A stretch of 64,000 bases of DNA. Source: Eledone cirrhosa. Lineage: Eukaryota. Below, one piece after another: positions 37,429-52,036 of this stretch. The notes below the pieces were generated by a model. It did not search any database. It saw only the letters and a program-made list of their open reading frames with translations, and was not told where the DNA came from. How positions within the stretch are numbered: the first letter of the stretch is position 1; each line of letters opens with the position of its first letter. The position numbers were made by a program, and so were the translations under genes. The DNA is taken from the NCBI GenBank assembly GCA_964016885.1, contig OZ024743.1:316572001-316636000 (forward strand). The letters run 5' to 3'.

Positions 37429-40400
37429 GTAGCTAGCAAGAAGGTAATGATTGAATGGGGTCCATGCATTTAACAAGCGATTAACAAAAATACAAAATTT
37501 GTTCTGTTAAATACGTCCAAAAACCTACGTATTTAGCAATTAATAGAAACAGAAAATGTAGTTTGTTTTAGCGATAGATTGGCTATTTGGACTTGATACG
37601 AAATATGGATTGTTTTGAAAATACGCTAGAATTAAGATTTGTGGAGAGAGAGAGATGAAGTCTGTACATTACGTTTACATGAATATCGTGGACAGGAAGC
37701 AATGAAATGAAATTTGGCGAAGTGAATTCCTATCATATATTTATAGAGAGAGAGAGAGAGTGAGAGAGAGCGAGGGGAGGGGGCCACATGATGGCTGTGA
37801 GTGTTAGGCGTTTGACCGCCCCGTGCCTTCGAAGAAGGAAGAAGGAAAGGATTTTTTTTTTTTTTTTTTTTATTGTTTTGAAGATACGCTAGAATTAGGG
37901 AGTGAGGTTTGAAAATACGTTAGGAATTAAGGTTTGAAAATAGCTAGCAAGAAGGTAATGATTGAATGGGGTCCATGCATTTAACAAGCGATTAACAAAA
38001 ATACAAAATTTGTTCTGTTAAATACGTCCAAAAACCTACGTATTTAGCAATTAATAGAAACAGAAAATGTAGTTTGTTTTAGCGATAGATTGGCTATTTG
38101 GACTTGATACGAAATATGGATTGTTTTGAAAATACGCTAGAATTAAGATTTGTGGAGAGAGAGAGATGAAGTCTGTACATTACGTTTACATGAATATCGT
38201 GGACAGCAAGCAATGAAATGAAATTTGGCGAAGTGAATTCCTATCATATATTTATAGAGAGTGAGAGAGAGCGAGGGGAGGGGGCCACATGATGGCTGTG
38301 AGTGTTAGGCGTTTGACCGCCCCGTGCCTTCGAAGAAGGAAGAAGGAAAGGATTTTGTTTTTTGTTTTTTTTGTTTTGAAGATACGCTAGAATTAGGGAG
38401 TGAGGTTTGAAAATACGTTAGGAATTAAGGTTTGAAAATAGCTAGCAAGAAGGTAATGATTGAATGGGGTCCATGCATTTAACAAGCGATTAACAAAAAT
38501 ACAAAATTTGTTCTGTTAAATACGTCCAAAAACCTACGTATTTAGCAATTAATAGAAACAGAAAATGTAGTTTGTTTTAGCGATAGATTGGCTATTTGGA
38601 CTTGATACGAAATATGGATTGTTTTGAAAATACGCTAGAATTAAGATTTGTGGAGAGAGAGAGATGAAGTCTGTACATTACGTTTACATGAATATCGTGG
38701 ACAGCAAGCAATGAAATGAAATTTGGCGAAGTGAATTCCTATCATATATTTATAGAGAGAGAGAGAGAGTGAGAGAGAGCGAGGGGAGGGGGCCACATGA
38801 TGGCTGTGAGTGTTAGGCGTTTGACCGCCCCGTGCCTTCGAAGAAGGAAAGGATTTTTTTTTTTTTTTTTTTTGTTTTGAAGATACGCTAGAATTAGGGA
38901 GTGAGGTTTGAAAATACGTTAGGAATTAAGGTTTGAAAATAGCTAGCAAGAAGGTAATGATTGAATGGGGTCCATGCATTTAACAAGCGATTAACAAAAA
39001 TACAAAATTTGTTCTGTTAAATACGTCCAAAAACCTACGTATTTAGCAATTAATAGAAACAGAAAATGTAGTTTGTTTTAGCGATAGATTGGCTATTTGG
39101 ACTTGATACGAAATATGGATTGTTTTGAAAATACGCTAGAATTAAGATTTGTGGAGAGAGAGAGATGAAGTCTGTACATTACGTTTACATGAATATCGTG
39201 GACAGCAAGCAATGAAATGAAATTTGGCGAAGTGAATTCCTATCATATATTTATAGAGAGAGAGAGAGAGTGAGAGAGAGCGAGGGGAGGGGGCCACATG
39301 ATGGCTGTGAGTGTTAGGCGTTTGACCGCCCCGTGCCTTCGAAGAAGGAAGAAGGAAAGGATTTTTTTTTTTTTTTTTTTTTTTTTTTGAAGATACGCTA
39401 GAATTAGGGAGTGAGGTTTGAAAATACGTTAGGAATTAAGGTTTGAAAATAGCTAGCAAGAAGGTAATGATTGAATGGGGTCCATGCATTTAACAAGCGA
39501 TTAACAAAAATACAAAATTTGTTCTGTTAAATACGTCCAAAAACCTACGTATTTAGCAATTAATAGAAACAGAAAATGTAGTTTGTTTTAGCGATAGATT
39601 GGCTATTTGGACTTGATACGAAATATGGATTGTTTTGAAAATACGCTAGAATTAAGATTTGTGGAGAGAGAGAGATGAAGTCTGTACATTACGTTTACAT
39701 GAATATCGTGGACAGCAAGCAATGAAATGAAATTTGGCGAAATGAATTCCTATCATATATTTATAGAGAGAGAGAGAGAGTGAGAGAGAGCGAGGGGAGG
39801 GGGCCACATGATGGCTGTGAGTGTTAGGCGTTTGACCGCCCCGTGCCTTCGAAGAAGGAAAGGATTTTTTTTTTTTTTTTTTTTGTTTTGAAGATACGCT
39901 AGAATTAGGGAGTGAGGTTTGAAAATACGTTAGGAATTAAGGTTTGAAAATAGCTAGCAAGAAGGTAATGATTGAATGGGGTCCATGCATTTAACAAGCG
40001 ATTAACAAAAATACAAAATTTGTTCTGTTAAATACGTCCAAAAACCTACGTATTTAGCAATTAATAGAAACAGAAAATGTAGTTTGTTTTAGCGATAGAT
40101 TGGCTATTTGGACTTGATACGAAATATGGATTGTTTTGAAAATACGCTAGAATTAAGTTTTGTGGAGAGAGAGAGATGAAGTCTGTACATTACGTTTACA
40201 TGAATATCGTGGACAGCAAGCAATGAAATGAAATTTGGCGAAATGAATTCCTATCATATATTTATAGAGAGAGAGAGAGAGTGAGAGAGAGCGAGGGGAG
40301 GGGGCCACATGATGGCTGTGAGTGTTAGGCGTTTGACCGCCCCGTGCCTTCGAAGAAGGAAGAAGGAAAGGATTTTTTTTTTTTTTTTTTTTTTGTTTTG

Positions 40401-43400
40401 AAGATACGCTAGAATTAGGGAGTGAGGTTTGAAAATACGTTAGGAATTAAGGTTTGAAAATAGCTAGCAAGAAGGTAATGATTGAATGGGGTCCATGCAT
40501 TTAACAAGCGATTAACAAAAATACAAAATTTGTTCTGTTAAATACGTCCAAAAACCTACGTATTTAGCAATTAATAGAAACAGAAAATGTAGTTTGTTTT
40601 AGCGATAGATTGGCTATTTGGACTTGATACGAAATATGGATTGTTTTGAAAATACGCTAGAATTAAGTTTTGTGGAGAGAGAGAGATGAAGTCTGTACAT
40701 TACGTTTACATGAATATCGTGGACGGCAAGCAATGAAATGAAATTTGGCGAAGTGAATTCCTATCATATATTTATAGAGAGAGAGAGAGAGTGAGAGAGA
40801 GCGAGGGGAGGGTGCCACATGATGGCTGTGAGTGTTAGGCGTTTGACCGCCCCGTGCCTTCGAAGAAGGAAGAAGGAAAGGATTTTTTTTTTTTTTTTTT
40901 TTTATTGTTTTGAAGATACGCTAGAATTAGGGAGTGAGGTTTGAAAATACGTTAGGAATTAAGGTTTGAAAATAGCTAGCAAGAAGGTAATGATTGAATG
41001 GGGTCCATGCATTTAACAAGCGATTAACAAAAATACAAAATTTGTTCTGTTAAATACGTCCAAAAACCTACGTATTTAGCAATTAATAGAAACAGAAAAT
41101 GTAGTTTGTTTTAGCGATAGATTGGCTATTTGGACTTGATACGAAATATGGATTGTTTTGAAAATACGCTAGAATTAAGATTTGTGGAGAGAGAGAGATG
41201 AAGTCTGTACATTACGTTTACATGAATATCGTGGACAGCAAGCAATGGAATGAAATTTGGCGAAGTGAATTCCTATCATATATTTATAGAGAGAGAGTGA
41301 GAGAGAGCGAGGGGAGGGGGCCACATGATGGCTGTGAGTGTTAGGCGTTTGACCGCCCCGTGCCTTCGAAGAAGGAAGAAGGAAAGGATTTTGTTTTTTT
41401 TTTTTTTGTTTTGAAGATACGCTAGAATTAGGGAGTGAGGTTTGAAAATACGTTAGGAATTAAGGTTTGAAAATAGCTAGCAAGAAGGTAATGATTGAAT
41501 GGGGTCCATGCATTTAACAAGCGATTAACAAAAATACAAAATTTGTTCTGTTAAATACGTCCAAAAACCTACGTATTTAGCAATTAATAGAAACAGAAAA
41601 TGTAGTTTGTTTTAGCGATAGATTGGCTATTTGGACTTGATACGAAATATGGATTGTTTTGAAAATACGCTAGAATTAAGATTTGTGGAGAGAGAGAGAT
41701 GAAGTCTGTACATTACGTTTACATGAATATCGTGGACAGCAAGCAATGAAATGAAATTTGGCGAAGTGAATTCCTATCATATATTTATAGAGAGAGAGAG
41801 AGAGTGAGAGAGAGCGAGGGGAGGGGGCCACATGATGGCTGTGAGTGTTAGGCGTTTGACCGCCCCGTGCCTTCGAAGAAGGAAAGGATTTTTTTTTTTT
41901 TTTTTTTGTTTTGAAGATACGCTAGAATTAGGGAGTGAGGTTTGAAAATACGTTAGGAATTAAGGTTTGAAAATAGCTAGCAAGAAGGTAATGATTGAAT
42001 GGGGTCCATGCATTTAACAAGCGATTAACAAAAATACAAAATTTGTTCTGTTAAATACGTCCAAAAACCTACGTATTTAGCAATTAATAGAAACAGAAAA
42101 TGTAGTTTGTTTTAGCGATAGATTGGCTATTTGGACTTGATACGAAATATGGATTGTTTTGAAAATACGCTAGAATTAAGATTTGTGGAGAGAGAGAGAT
42201 GAAGTCTGTACATTACGTTTACATGAATATCGTGGACAGCAAGCAATGAAATGAAATTTGGCGAAATGAATTCCTATCATATATTTATAGAGAGAGAGAG
42301 AGAGTGAGAGAGAGCGAGGGGAGGGGGCCACATGATGGCTGTGAGTGTTAGGCGTTTGACCGCCCCGTGCCTTCGAAGAAGGAAGAAGGAAAGGATTTTT
42401 TTTTTTTTTTTTTTTTTTGAAGATACGCTAGAATTAGGGAGTGAGGTTTGAAAATACGTTAGGAATTAAGGTTTGAAAATAGCTAGCAAGAAGGTAATGA
42501 TTGAATGGGGTCCATGCATTTAACAAGCGATTAACAAAAATACAAAATTTGTTCTGTTAAATACGTCCAAAAACCTACGTATTTAGCAATTAATAGAAAC
42601 AGAAAATGTAGTTTGTTTTAGCGATAGATTGGCTATTTGGACTTGATACGAAATATGGATTGTTTTGAAAATACGCTAGAATTAAGATTTGTGGAGAGAG
42701 AGAGATGAAGTCTGTACATTACGTTTACATGAATATCGTGGACAGCAAGCAATGAAATGAAATTTGGCGAAGTGAATTCCTATCATATATTTATAGAGAG
42801 TGAGAGAGAGCGAGGGGAGGGGGCCACATGATGGCTGTGAGTGTTAGGCGTTTGACCGCCCCGTGCCTTCGAAGAAGGAAGAAGGAAAGGATTTTGTTTT
42901 TTTTTTTTTTTGTTTTGAAGATACGCTAGAATTAGGGAGTGAGGTTTGAAAATACGTTAGGAATTAAGGTTTGAAAATAGCTAGCAAGAAGGTAATGATT
43001 GAATGGGGTCCATGCATTTAACAAGCGATTAACAAAAATACAAAATTTGTTCTGTTAAATACGTCCAAAAACCTACGTATTTAGCAATTAATAGAAACAG
43101 AAAATGTAGTTTGTTTTAGCGATAGATTGGCTATTTGGACTTGATACGAAATATGGATTGTTTTGAAAATACGCTAGAATTAAGATTTGTGGAGAGAGAG
43201 AGATGAAGTCTGTACATTACGTTTACATGAATATCGTGGACAGCAAGCAATGAAATGAAATTTGGCGAAGTGAATTCCTATCATATATTTATAGAGAGAG
43301 AGAGAGAGTGAGAGAGAGCGAGGGGAGGGGGCCACATGATGGCTGTGAGTGTTAGGCGTTTGACCGCCCCGTGCCTTCGAAGAAGGAAAGGATTTTTTTT

Positions 43401-46400
43401 TTTTTTTTTTTGTTTTGAAGATACGCTAGAATTAGGGAGTGAGGTTTGAAAATACGTTAGGAATTAAGGTTTGAAAATAGCTAGCAAGAAGGTAATGATT
43501 GAATGGGGTCCATGCATTTAACAAGCGATTAACAAAAATACAAAATTTGTTCTGTTAAATACGTCCAAAAACCTACGTATTTAGCAATTAATAGAAACAG
43601 AAAATGTAGTTTGTTTTAGCGATAGATTGGCTATTTGGACTTGATACGAAATATGGATTGTTTTGAAAATACGCTAGAATTAAGATTTGTGGAGAGAGAG
43701 AGATGAAGTCTGTACATTACGTTTACATGAATATCGTGGACAGCAAGCAATGAAATGAAATTTGGCGAAGTGAATTCCTATCATATATTTATAGAGAGAG
43801 AGAGAGAGTGAGAGAGAGCGAGGGGAGGGGGCCACATGATGGCTGTGAGTGTTAGGCGTTTGACCGCCCCGTGCCTTCGAAGAAGGAAGAAGGAAAGGAT
43901 TTTTTTTTTTTTTTTTTTTTTGTTTTGAAGATACGCTAGAATTAGGGAGTGAGGTTTGAAAATACGTTAGGAATTAAGGTTTGAAAATAGCTAGCAAGAA
44001 GGTAATGATTGAATGGGGTCCATGCATTTAACAAGCGATTAACAAAAATACAAAATTTGTTCTGTTAAATACGTCCAAAAACCTACGTATTTAGCAATTA
44101 ATAGAAACAGAAAATGTAGTTTGTTTTAGCGATAGATTGGCTATTTGGACTTGATACGAAATATGGATTGTTTTGAAAATACGCTAGAATTAAGATTTGT
44201 GGAGAGAGAGAGATGAAGTCTGTACATTACGTTTACATGAATATCGTGGACAGCAAGCAATGAAATGAAATTTGGCGAAATGAATTCCTATCATATATTT
44301 ATAGAGAGAGAGAGAGAGTGAGAGAGAGCGAGGGGAGGGGGCCACATGATGGCTGTGAGTGTTAGGCGTTTGACCGCCCCGTGCCTTCGAAGAAGGAAAG
44401 GATTTTTTTTTTTTTTTTTTTGTTTTGAAGATACGCTAGAATTAGGGAGTGAGGTTTGAAAATACGTTAGGAATTAAGGTTTGAAAATAGCTAGCAAGAA
44501 GGTAATGATTGAATGGGGTCCATGCATTTAACAAGCGATTAACAAAAATACAAAATTTGTTCTGTTAAATACGTCCAAAAACCTACGTATTTAGCAATTA
44601 ATAGAAACAGAAAATGTAGTTTGTTTTAGCGATAGATTGGCTATTTGGACTTGATACGAAATATGGATTGTTTTGAAAATACGCTAGAATTAAGTTTTGT
44701 GGAGAGAGAGAGATGAAGTCTGTACATTACGTTTACATGAATATCGTGGGCAGCAAGCAATTAAATGAAATTTGGCGAAATGAATTCCTATCATATATTT
44801 ATAGAGAGAGAGAGAGAGTGAGAGAGAGCGAGGGGAGGGGGCCACATGATGGCTGTGAGTGTTAGGCGTTTGACCGCCCCGTGCCTTCGAAGAAGGAAGA
44901 AGGAAAGGATTTTTTTTTTTTTTTTTTTTTGTTTTGAAGATACGCTAGAATTAGGGAGTGAGGTTTGAAAATACGTTAGGAATTAAGGTTTGAAAATAGC
45001 TAGCAAGAAGGTAATGATTGAATGGGGTCCATGCATTTAACAAGCGATTAACAAAAATACAAAATTTGTTCTGTTAAATACGTCCAAAAACCTACGTATT
45101 TAGCAATTAATAGAAACAGAAAATGTAGTTTGTTTTAGCGATAGATTGGCTATTTGGACTTGATACGAAATATGGATTGTTTTGAAAATACGCTAGAATT
45201 AAGTTTTGTGGAGAGAGAGAGATGAAGTCTGTACATTACGTTTACATGAATATCGTGGACAGCAAGCAATGAAATGAAATTTGGCGAAGTGAATTCCTAT
45301 CATATATTTATAGAGAGAGAGAGAGAGTGAGAGAGAGCGAGGGGAGGGTGCCACATGATGGCTGTGAGTGTTAGGCGTTTGACCGCCCCGTGCCTTCGAA
45401 GAAGGAAGAAGGAAAGGATTTTTTTTTTTTTTTTTTTTATTGTTTTGAAGATACGCTAGAATTAGGGAGTGAGGTTTGAAAATACGTTAGGAATTAAGGT
45501 TTGAAAATAGCTAGCAAGAAGGTAATGATTGAATGGGGTCCATGCATTTAACAAGCGATTAACAAAAATACAAAATTTGTTCTGTTAAATACGTCCAAAA
45601 ACCTACGTATTTAGCAATTAATAGAAACAGAAAATGTAGTTTGTTTTAGCGATAGATTGGCTATTTGGACTTGATACGAAATATGGATTGTTTTGAAAAT
45701 ACGCTAGAATTAAGATTTGTGGAGAGAGAGAGATGAAGTCTGTACATTACGTTTACATGAATATCGTGGACAGCAAGCAATGGAATGAAATTTGGCGAAG
45801 TGAATTCCTATCATATATTTATAGAGAGAGAGTGAGAGAGAGCGAGGGGAGGGGGCCACATGATGGCTGTGAGTGTTAGGCGTTTGACCGCCCCGTGCCT
45901 TCGAAGAAGGAAGAAGGAAAGGATTTTGTTTTGTTTTTTTTTGTTTTGAAGATACGCTAGAATTAGGGAGTGAGGTTTGAAAATACGTTAGGAATTAAGG
46001 TTTGAAAATAGCTAGCAAGAAGGTAATGATTGAATGGGGTCCATGCATTTAACAAGCGATTAACAAAAATACAAAATTTGTTCTGTTAAATACGTCCAAA
46101 AACCTACGTATTTAGCAATTAATAGAAACAGAAAATGTAGTTTGTTTTAGCGATAGATTGGCTATTTGGACTTGATACGAAATATGGATTGTTTTGAAAA
46201 TACGCTAGAATTAAGATTTGTGGAGAGAGAGAGATGAAGTCTGTACATTACGTTTACATGAATATCGTGGACAGCAAGCAATGAAATGAAATTTGGCGAA
46301 GTGAATTCCTATCATATATTTATAGAGAGAGAGAGAGAGTGAGAGAGAGCGAGGGGAGGGGGCCACATGATGGCTGTGAGTGTTAGGCGTTTGACCGCCC

Positions 46401-49400
46401 CGTGCCTTCGAAGAAGGAAAGGATTTTTTTTTTTTTTTGTTTTGTTTTGAAGATACGCTAGAATTAGGGAGTGAGGTTTGAAAATACGTTAGGAATTAAG
46501 GTTTGAAAATAGCTAGCAAGAAGGTAATGATTGAATGGGGTCCATGCATTTAACAAGCGATTAACAAAAATACAAAATTTGTTCTGTTAAATACGTCCAA
46601 AAACCTACGTATTTAGCAATTAATAGAAACAGAAAATGTAGTTTGTTTTAGCGATAGATTGGCTATTTGGACTTGATACGAAATATGGATTGTTTTGAAA
46701 ATACGCTAGAATTAAGATTTGTGGAGAGAGAGAGATGAAGTCTGTACATTACGTTTACATGAATATCGTGGACAGCAAGCAATGAAATGAAATTTGGCGA
46801 AGTGAATTCCTATCATATATTTATAGAGAGAGAGAGCGAGGGGAGGGGGCCACATGATGGCTGTGAGTGTTAGGCGTTTGACCGCCCCGTGCCTTCGAAG
46901 AAGGAAGAAGGAAAGGATTTTTTTGTTTTTTTTTTTTTTGTTTTGAAGATACGCTAGAATTAGGGAGTGAGGTTTGAAAATACGTTAGGAATTAAGGTTT
47001 GAAAATAGCTAGCAAGAAGGTAATGATTGAATGGGGTCCATGCATTTAACAAGCGATTAACAAAAATACAAAATTTGTTCTGTTAAATACGTCCAAAAAC
47101 CTACGTATTTAGCAATTAATAGAAACAGAAAATGTAGTTTGTTTTAGCGATAGATTGGCTATTTGGACTTGATACGAAATATGGATTGTTTTGAAAATAC
47201 GCTAGAATTAAGATTTGTGGAGAGAGAGAGATGAAGTCTGTACATTACGTTTACATGAATATCGTGGACAGCAAGCAATGAAATGAAATTTGGCGAAATG
47301 AATTCCTATCATATATTTATAGAGAGAGAGAGAGAGTGAGAGAGAGCGAGGGGAGGGGGCCACATGATGGCTGTGAGTGTTAGGCGTTTGACCGCCCCGT
47401 GCCTTCGAAGAAGGAAAGGATTTTTTTTTTTTTTTTTTTTGTTTTGAAGATACGCTAGAATTAGGGAGTGAGGTTTGAAAATACGTTAGGAACTAAGGTT
47501 TGAAAATAGCTAGCAAGAAGGTAATGATTGAATGGGGTCCATGCATTTAACAAGCGATTAACAAAAATACAAAATTTGTTCTGTTAAATACGTCCAAAAA
47601 CCTACGTATTTAGCAATTAATAGAAACAGAAAATGTAGTTTGTTTTAGCGATAGATTGGCTATTTGGACTTGATACGAAATATGGATTGTTTTGAAAATA
47701 CGCTAGAATTAAGTTTTGTGGAGAGAGAGAGATGAAGTCTGTACATTACGTTTACATGAATATCGTGGGCAGCAAGCAATTAAATGAAATTTGGCGAAAT
47801 GAATTCCTATCATATATTTATAGAGAGAGAGAGAGAGTGAGAGAGAGCGAGGGGAGGGGGCCACATGATGGCTGTGAGTGTTAGGCGTTTGACCGCCCCG
47901 TGCCTTCGAAGAAGGAAGAAGGAAAGGATTTTTTTTTTTTTTTTTTTTTGTTTTGAAGATACGCTAGAATTAGGGAGTGAGGTTTGAAAATACGTTAGGA
48001 ATTAAGGTTTGAAAATAGCTAGCAAGAAGGTAATGATTGAATGGGGTCCATGCATTTAACAAGCGATTAACAAAAATACAAAATTTGTTCTGTTAAATAC
48101 GTCCAAAAACCTACGTATTTAGCAATTAATAGAAACAGAAAATGTAGTTTGTTTTAGCGATAGATTGGCTATTTGGACTTGATACGAAATATGGATTGTT
48201 TTGAAAATACGCTAGAATTAAGTTTTGTGGAGAGAGAGAGATGAAGTCTGTACATTACGTTTACATGAATATCGTGGACAGCAAGCAATGAAATGAAATT
48301 TGGCGAAGTGAATTCCTATCATATATTTATAGAGAGAGAGAGAGAGTGAGAGAGAGCGAGGGGAGGGTGCCACATGATGGCTGTGAGTGTTAGGCGTTTG
48401 ACCGCCCCGTGCCTTCGAAGAAGGAAGAAGGAAAGGATTTTTTTTTTTTTTTTTTTTTATTGTTTTGAAGATACGCTAGAATTAGGGAGTGAGGTTTGAA
48501 AATACGTTAGGAATTAAGGTTTGAAAATAGCTAGCAAGAAGGTAATGATTGAATGGGGTCCATGCATTTAACAAGCGATTAACAAAAATACAAAATTTGT
48601 TCTGTTAAATACGTCCAAAAACCTACGTATTTAGCAATTAATAGAAACAGAAAATGTAGTTTGTTTTAGCGATAGATTGGCTATTTGGACTTGATACGAA
48701 ATATGGATTGTTTTGAAAATACGCTAGAATTAAGATTTGTGGAGAGAGAGAGATGAAGTCTGTACATTACGTTTACATGAATATCGTGGACAGCAAGCAA
48801 TGGAATGAAATTTGGCGAAGTGAATTCCTATCATATATTTATAGAGAGAGAGTGAGAGAGAGCGAGGGGAGGGGGCCACATGATGGCTGTGAGTGTTAGG
48901 CGTTTGACCGCCCCGTGCCTTCGAAGAAGGAAGAAGGAAAGGATTTTTTTTTTTTTTGTTTTTGTTTTTTTGAAGATACGCTAGAATTAGGGAGTGAGGT
49001 TTGAAAATACGTTAGGAATTAAGGTTTGAAAATAGCTAGCAAGAAGGTAATGATTGAATGGGGTCCATGCATTTAACAAGCGATTAACAAAAATACAAAA
49101 TTTGTTCTGTTAAATACGTCCAAAAACCTACGTATTTAGCAATTAATAGAAACAGAAAATGTAGTTTGTTTTAGCGATAGATTGGCTATTTGGACTTGAT
49201 ACGAAATATGGATTGTTTTGAAAATACGCTAGAATTAAGATTTGTGGAGAGAGAGAGAGATGAAGTCTGTACATTACGTTTACATGAATATCGTGGACAG
49301 CAAGCAATGAAATGAAATTTGGCGAAGTGAATTCCTATCATATATTTATAGAGAGAGAGAGAGAGTGAGAGAGAGCGAGGGGAGGGGGCCACATGATGGC

Positions 49401-51999
49401 TGTGAGTGTTAGGCGTTTGACCGCCCCGTGCCTTCGAAGAAGGAAGAAGGAAAGGATTTTTTTTTTTTTTTTTTTTTTGTTTTGAAGATACGCTAGAATT
49501 AGGGAGTGAGGTTTGAAAATACGTTAGGAATTAAGGTTTGAAAATAGCTAGCAAGAAGGTAATGATTGAATGGGGTCCATGCATTTAACAAGCGATTAAC
49601 AAAAATACAAAATTTGTTCTGTTAAATACGTCCAAAAACCTACGTATTTAGCAATTAATAGAAACAGAAAATGTAGTTTGTTTTAGCGATAGATTGGCTA
49701 TTTGGACTTGATACGAAATATGGATTGTTTTGAAAATACGCTAGAATTAAGATTTGTGGAGAGAGAGAGATGAAGTCTGTACATTACGTTTACATGAATA
49801 TCGTGGACAGCAAGCAATGAAATGAAATTTGGCGAAATGAATTCCTATCATATATTTATAGAGAGAGAGAGAGAGTGAGAGAGAGCGAGGGGAGGGGGCC
49901 ACATGATGGCTGTGAGTGTTAGGCGTTTGACCGCCCCGTGCCTTCGAAGAAGGAAGAAGGAAAGGATTTTTTTTTTTTTTTTTTTTTTTGAAGATACGCT
50001 AGAATTAGGGAGTGAGGTTTGAAAATACGTTAGGAATTAAGGTTTGAAAATAGCTAGCAAGAAGGTAATGATTGAATGGGGTCCATGCATTTAACAAGCG
50101 ATTAACAAAAATACAAAATTTGTTCTGTTAAATACGTCCAAAAACCTACGTATTTAGCAATTAATAGAAACAGAAAATGTAGTTTGTTTTAGCGATAGAT
50201 TGGCTATTTGGACTTGATACGAAATATGGATTGTTTTGAAAATACGCTAGAATTAAGTTTTGTGGAGAGAGAGAGATGAAGTCTGTACATTACGTTTACA
50301 TGAATATCGTGGACAGCAAGCAATGAAATGAAATTTGGCGAAATGAATTCCTATCATATATTTATAGAGAGAGAGAGAGAGTGAGAGAGAGCGAGGGGAG
50401 GGGGCCACATGATGGCTGTGAGTGTTAGGCGTTTGACCGCCCCGTGCCTTCGAAGAAGGAAGAAGGAAAGGATTTTTTTTTTTTTTTTTTTTGTTTTGAA
50501 GATACGCTAGAATTAGGGAGTGAGGTTTGAAAATACGTTAGGAATTAAGGTTTGAAAATAGCTAGCAAGAAGGTAATGATTGAATGGGGTCCATGCATTT
50601 AACAAGCGATTAACAAAAATACAAAATTTGTTCTGTTAAATACGTCCAAAAACCTACGTATTTAGCAATTAATAGAAACAGAAAATGTAGTTTGTTTTAG
50701 CGATAGATTGGCTATTTGGACTTGATACGAAATATGGATTGTTTTGAAAATACGCTAGAATTAAGTTTTGTGGAGAGAGAGAGATGAAGTCTGTACATTA
50801 CGTTTACATGAATATCGTGGACAGCAAGCAATGAAATGAAATTTGGCGAAGTGAATTCCTATCATATATTTATAGAGAGAGAGAGAGAGTGAGAGAGAGC
50901 GAGGGGAGGGTGCCACATGATGGCTGTGAGTGTTAGGCGTTTGACCGCCCCGTGCCTTCGAGGAAGGAAGAAGGAAAGGATTTTGTTTTTTGTTTTTTTT
51001 GTTTTGAAGATACGCTAGAATTAGGGAGTGAGGTTTGAAAATACGTTAGGAATTAAGGTTTGAAAATAGCTAGCAAGAAGGTAATGATTGAATGGGGTCC
51101 ATGCATTTAACAAGCGATTAACAAAAATACAAAATTTGTTCTGTTAAATACGTCCAAAAACCTACGTATTTAGCAATTAATAGAAACAGAAAATGTAGTT
51201 TGTTTTAGCGATAGATTGGCTATTTGGACTTGATACGAAATATGGATTGTTTTGAAAATACGCTAGAATTAAGATTTGTGGAGAGAGAGAGATGAAGTCT
51301 GTACATTACGTTTACATGAGTATCGTGGACAGCAAGCAATGAAATGAAATTTGGCGAAGTGAATTCCTATCATATATTTATAGAGAGAGAGAGAGAGTGA
51401 GAGAGAGCGAGGGGAGGGGGCCACATGATGGCTGTGAGTGTTAGGCGTTTGACCGCCCCGTGCCTTCGAAGAAGGAAGAAGGAAAGGATTTTTTTTTTTT
51501 TTTTTTTTTATTGTTTTGAAGATACGCTAGAATTAGGGAGTGAGGTTTGAAAATACGTTAGGAATTAAGGTTTGAAAATAGCTAGCAAGAAGGTAATGAT
51601 TGAATGGGGTCCATGCATTTAACAAGCGATTAACAAAAATACAAAATTTGTTCTGTTAAATACGTCCAAAAACCTACGTATTTAGCAATTAATAGAAACA
51701 GAAAATGTAGTTTGTTTTAGCGATAGATTGGCTATTTGGACTTGATACGAAATATGGATTGTTTTGAAAATACGCTAGAATTAAGATTTGTGGAGAGAGA
51801 GAGATGAAGTCTGTACATTACGTTTACATGAATATCGTGGACAGCAAGCAATGAAATGAAATTTGGCGAAGTGAATTCCTATCATATATTTATAGAGAGA
51901 GAGAGAGAGTGAGAGAGAGCGAGGGGAGGGGGCCACATGATGGCTGTGAGTGTTAGGCGTTTGACCGCCCCGTGCCTTCGAAGAAGGAAGAAGGAAGAA

Positions 52000-52036
<37 letters not shown>

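Larger units (their letters stand above)
33593..37472 (-). mobile_element. Near full-length RTE-clade LINE (5' UTR, APE, RT, PHD-like finger, C-terminus, 3' UTR, (CAT)n tail)
   Basis: APE start RVGTINVGTLKG..CCIQETR at ~36905-37075, 794-aa ORF 34518-36902 (AYAPQ, GDLNGH, YADD), and C-terminus 33995-34432. Confidence 0.96.

Noticed and set aside
37051-37476. 141-aa minus-strand ORF as a LINE ORF1
   Set aside because: Non-ATG start, no recognisable domain, spans UTR repeats; RTE elements normally have a single main ORF.
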